Assembly (NCBI RefSeq): GCF_001194135.2
Contig: NC_068987.1
Span: forward strand, 90,158,325 to 90,222,324
Reading direction: 5' to 3'
From: Octopus bimaculoides
Lineage: Eukaryota
DNA length: 64,000 nucleotides
Shown: positions 61,611 to 64,000 of the stretch, in pieces
How positions within the stretch are numbered: position 1 is the stretch's first letter
Layout: each line of letters opens with the position of its first letter
Notes under the pieces: generated by a model
Told to the model about the DNA's origin: nothing
Database searches by the model: none
Seen by the model: the letters and a program-made list of their open reading frames with translations, nothing else
Position numbers and translations under genes: made by a program

Positions 61611-61899
61611 TCTGATAGGCTCATCAATCACATGATCACATGATATTTTACTGAAGTTGAAAAGACTTCACAGATTTTACCCAGAGTTTCTTATTCAGGA
61701 TGTGTTTTTTGGCAGAGAAAGAAAGGAACTGGTAGCTTTTTAGAGCCATGGATTACATTACATGGTAAAAAGATGTGGGTGCGTTTATGCATGCATGCAC
61801 GTGTGTGTGTGTTTACATCTGCAGTCATTTGTTTGAAGTGTAGCTGGCTGTGTTGTTGCTAATTTCTCTTACCAACAGGTCATTTGAGTGCTTTGTGTC

Positions 61900-62035
61900 T
61901 TCAAAACCAGGTGGAATAAGTAATTCCTCACTTAAAAAACAGGTAAAGGTTAGCAACAGGAAGAGTACCTTGGTTGTATAACAAAGAATATAATTGTCCA
62001 ACCTATACAAGCATGGGAAGATGGACATGAAAGGT
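61900..62035 (+). mobile_element. Diverged family E fragment just 3' of the GTPase donor site
   Basis: caggtaaaggttagcaacaggaagag...cctatacaagcatgggaagatggacat. Confidence 0.55.
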
Positions 62036-62101
62036 GTGCGTGTGTAAGTACATTGCGAGGAAAAGCTGCCTAAAATAAAGTGAAAATCATTTTAGTATTA
62101 C

Positions 62102-62216
62102 CTGTGGATAGGAAAGGGGTCGTAGGCGGTCGTAGTCCTCTTGACCTGCTGTATCCCAGAGGCCCAGGCTTACTGGTATCAGATCAACCATCATGTTGGC
62201 TGTGTAATTATCAAAT
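62102..62216 (-). CDS. Mtl: Rho-family GTPase, Mig-2-like/Rac-related: first exon visible (switch I-II). The P-loop exon(s) were not found and probably lie beyond the window
   Basis: tttcag acceptor and gtaata donor on the minus strand. Reads [38 protein letters not shown]; phase 2 to 0. Confidence 0.93.
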
Positions 62217-63539
62217 CTGAAATTGTAATTAAAAATTAAAATTACTAACGACTCATTTTCCAAACAACACATTCAAGAATTTTCAACTGGTTTTACAAAA
62301 CACTGGATATAGGGTTAATGGTTAATCAATTTAAGGACCTCGAGTTTTAATCTCATTGAAGTGTTTGATGGCTTAATTGGTTACAGCACTTAATTATTAG
62401 CCTCAGTTTACCTGGTTTTAAAAGTATACGTTGCATCACCTGTAGCACAAAATTCATTAGTGACCTGTCCAGATCCAACTCCTTGCCTCCAATCCCAGCA
62501 GACCACCAGGGCCTGTCCTGTAGCAGAGCCTTCCGAGCATGCATTGGGCTGATTGGCCACAACCAGACACATTGTGCCTGTCTTCTCCATGCAATGTCCT
62601 TGGTCATTGTCAACAATGATGGACAGACTAAGATAAAATACTTCATATTTTAAAAGCAGGGCCAAGAATTGGCTCTTTATGACTAACCTCAAACATTTTG
62701 GAGACATTTACATTTTACTTTACATTAAATCAAATTAGTTTTATAAAAGTTAATATACATATATGCAGAGCCAGAATACTTTATTTTCTAAAAGAAACAA
62801 GTAAAAAAATAATTTGTATGAAAGTAGCAGCTGACAATCAAAGAATCTGATTAGTAATTTCTAGAAAGCAACTCCTGTTGAATGAAACCCAAATGTTGCC
62901 ACTCAACTTGACTTCTACATTTTCATATAAGGTATAAAAAAAGAAAAGAAAAAAAATTCAGTTCCATATCAACAATACTGTCTGTCTCATTTCATAAACA
63001 TCGTATATGTTCTCCCAATCCTAGCTTTGAAAATAAAAATCAGAGCTTAAGGAAAGTAGAGAAGGCTTGCATCAGTAAAACAACTCATTTTGTAAGGTTC
63101 ACAAATTTAAGTTTTATCTGTTGTTGGAAGACAAAAGAACCCTGCCAAACTGATTCTCTCCCTCTCTGCCAGTCTTTCTCCAGTTATAGGCCTTTAGTCT
63201 CTTTTGCCAAAATGCTAAGTTACAGGGATGTAAACACATGCAAACATATCTAGTGCTGACCTAACAAAAGGGGGCACACCTAAATAAGCATATGTGCTTA
63301 CAAAGTTCTACCTACATGAATAAATTCCAGACAATAACAACTCCAAATTTAACCAATGGAGATTTCATCAAAACACCCCTCCCAACAACCAAATTACCCT
63401 AAAACCAAATTACCATTCCCTCAAACGCACATACCAAAGGAAGATTTAACTCAACAGGGACTATATATAAAGCCAAGATTAAATTCAATGCATCACAATC
63501 CAATGATGGAGTAACTGGCCAAAACTTTGAAGTCACTGT

Positions 63540-63543
<4 letters not shown>

Positions 63544-63621
<78 letters not shown>
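63544..63621. repeat. (AT)n microsatellite
   Basis: Direct reading of the sequence. Confidence 0.97.
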
Positions 63622-63623
<2 letters not shown>

Positions 63624-63775
63624 AGACTTCCATGTGGCTTCCATCTACCAAATTCATTCACAAAACATTGGTCAGTCCAGTGCTATAGTAAAAGACACTT
63701 GTGACACAGTGGAATTGAACCCCAAAACCATGCAGTTACAAAGTGAGCTTCAAATCCACACAGCTGTGCCGCCTG
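63622..63775 (-). mobile_element. Family D SINE head; a further piece lies at about 63196-63245
   Basis: ccatctaccaaattcattcacaaaacattggtcag...gtggaattgaaccccaaaaccatg. Confidence 0.6.
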
Positions 63776-64000
63776 TACATGATATCTGTGGACCAAAGGA
63801 AAGGATTTCCAAAACTTAGAATATTTCTTTAACAAATTCAACATCATTAATAAAAAAGTTGGCATGTGTAGATCAACAAAAGAATCCAAGAACTGCGACC
63901 TTTATTCAAAGTTCCTAGTTGGCTTGATATTTTGGCCAGATTAGTGCAAACCAGACTCAAGGAAAAAAAAATCTCGCATGGCCAACACTTTTAATGCCAC

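Noticed and set aside
63246-63543. Possible Penelope GIY-YIG remnant splitting a family D SINE
   Set aside because: Only vague motif echoes (IYKAKI, GVTGQNF) and no continuous frame; cannot be supported without a profile search.
62217-64000. Search for the GTPase N-terminal exon(s) (GDGxVGKT, YxPTV)
   Set aside because: No matching minus-strand sequence was found; the exon(s) presumably lie beyond position 64000.

Overview
This is eukaryotic, AT-rich, microsatellite-dense DNA with eight assembly gaps. The repeat families suggest an octopus genome; that is an inference, not a database result. Two convergent intron-rich genes can be assembled by hand from GT-AG splice sites with consistent phases, and both lack their 5' ends in this window. 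Gene 1 (+ strand, 10 coding exons, 2525-30239, about 602 aa visible) encodes a protein of degenerate EF-hand pairs with an exact 236-residue period. It resembles FAP115/CFAP115- or EFCAB6-type ciliary microtubule inner proteins. Gene 2 (- strand, 4 coding exons, 62216-45927) encodes a Rho-family GTPase closest to the Mig-2-like (Mtl) branch and ends in the CAAX box CQLL. The remainder is mostly transposon debris: 5'-truncated RTE LINE ends with (GAT)n tails, several tRNA-derived SINE families, R4/Dong-like restriction-like-endonuclease (RLE) LINE fragments sitting in AAT repeats, a mariner fragment and a Helentron-like non-autonomous element. The most notable observations are the 236-aa repeat protein, a tRNA-headed SINE whose tail holds a decayed Penelope-type minimal hammerhead and which was itself hit by an RLE LINE, long inverted repeats in gene 1 introns, and two template-switch-like local duplications. 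Repeat boundaries are by eye (about +/-10-20 nt); exon boundaries were counted exactly. Almost all ORFs in the supplied track are spurious.
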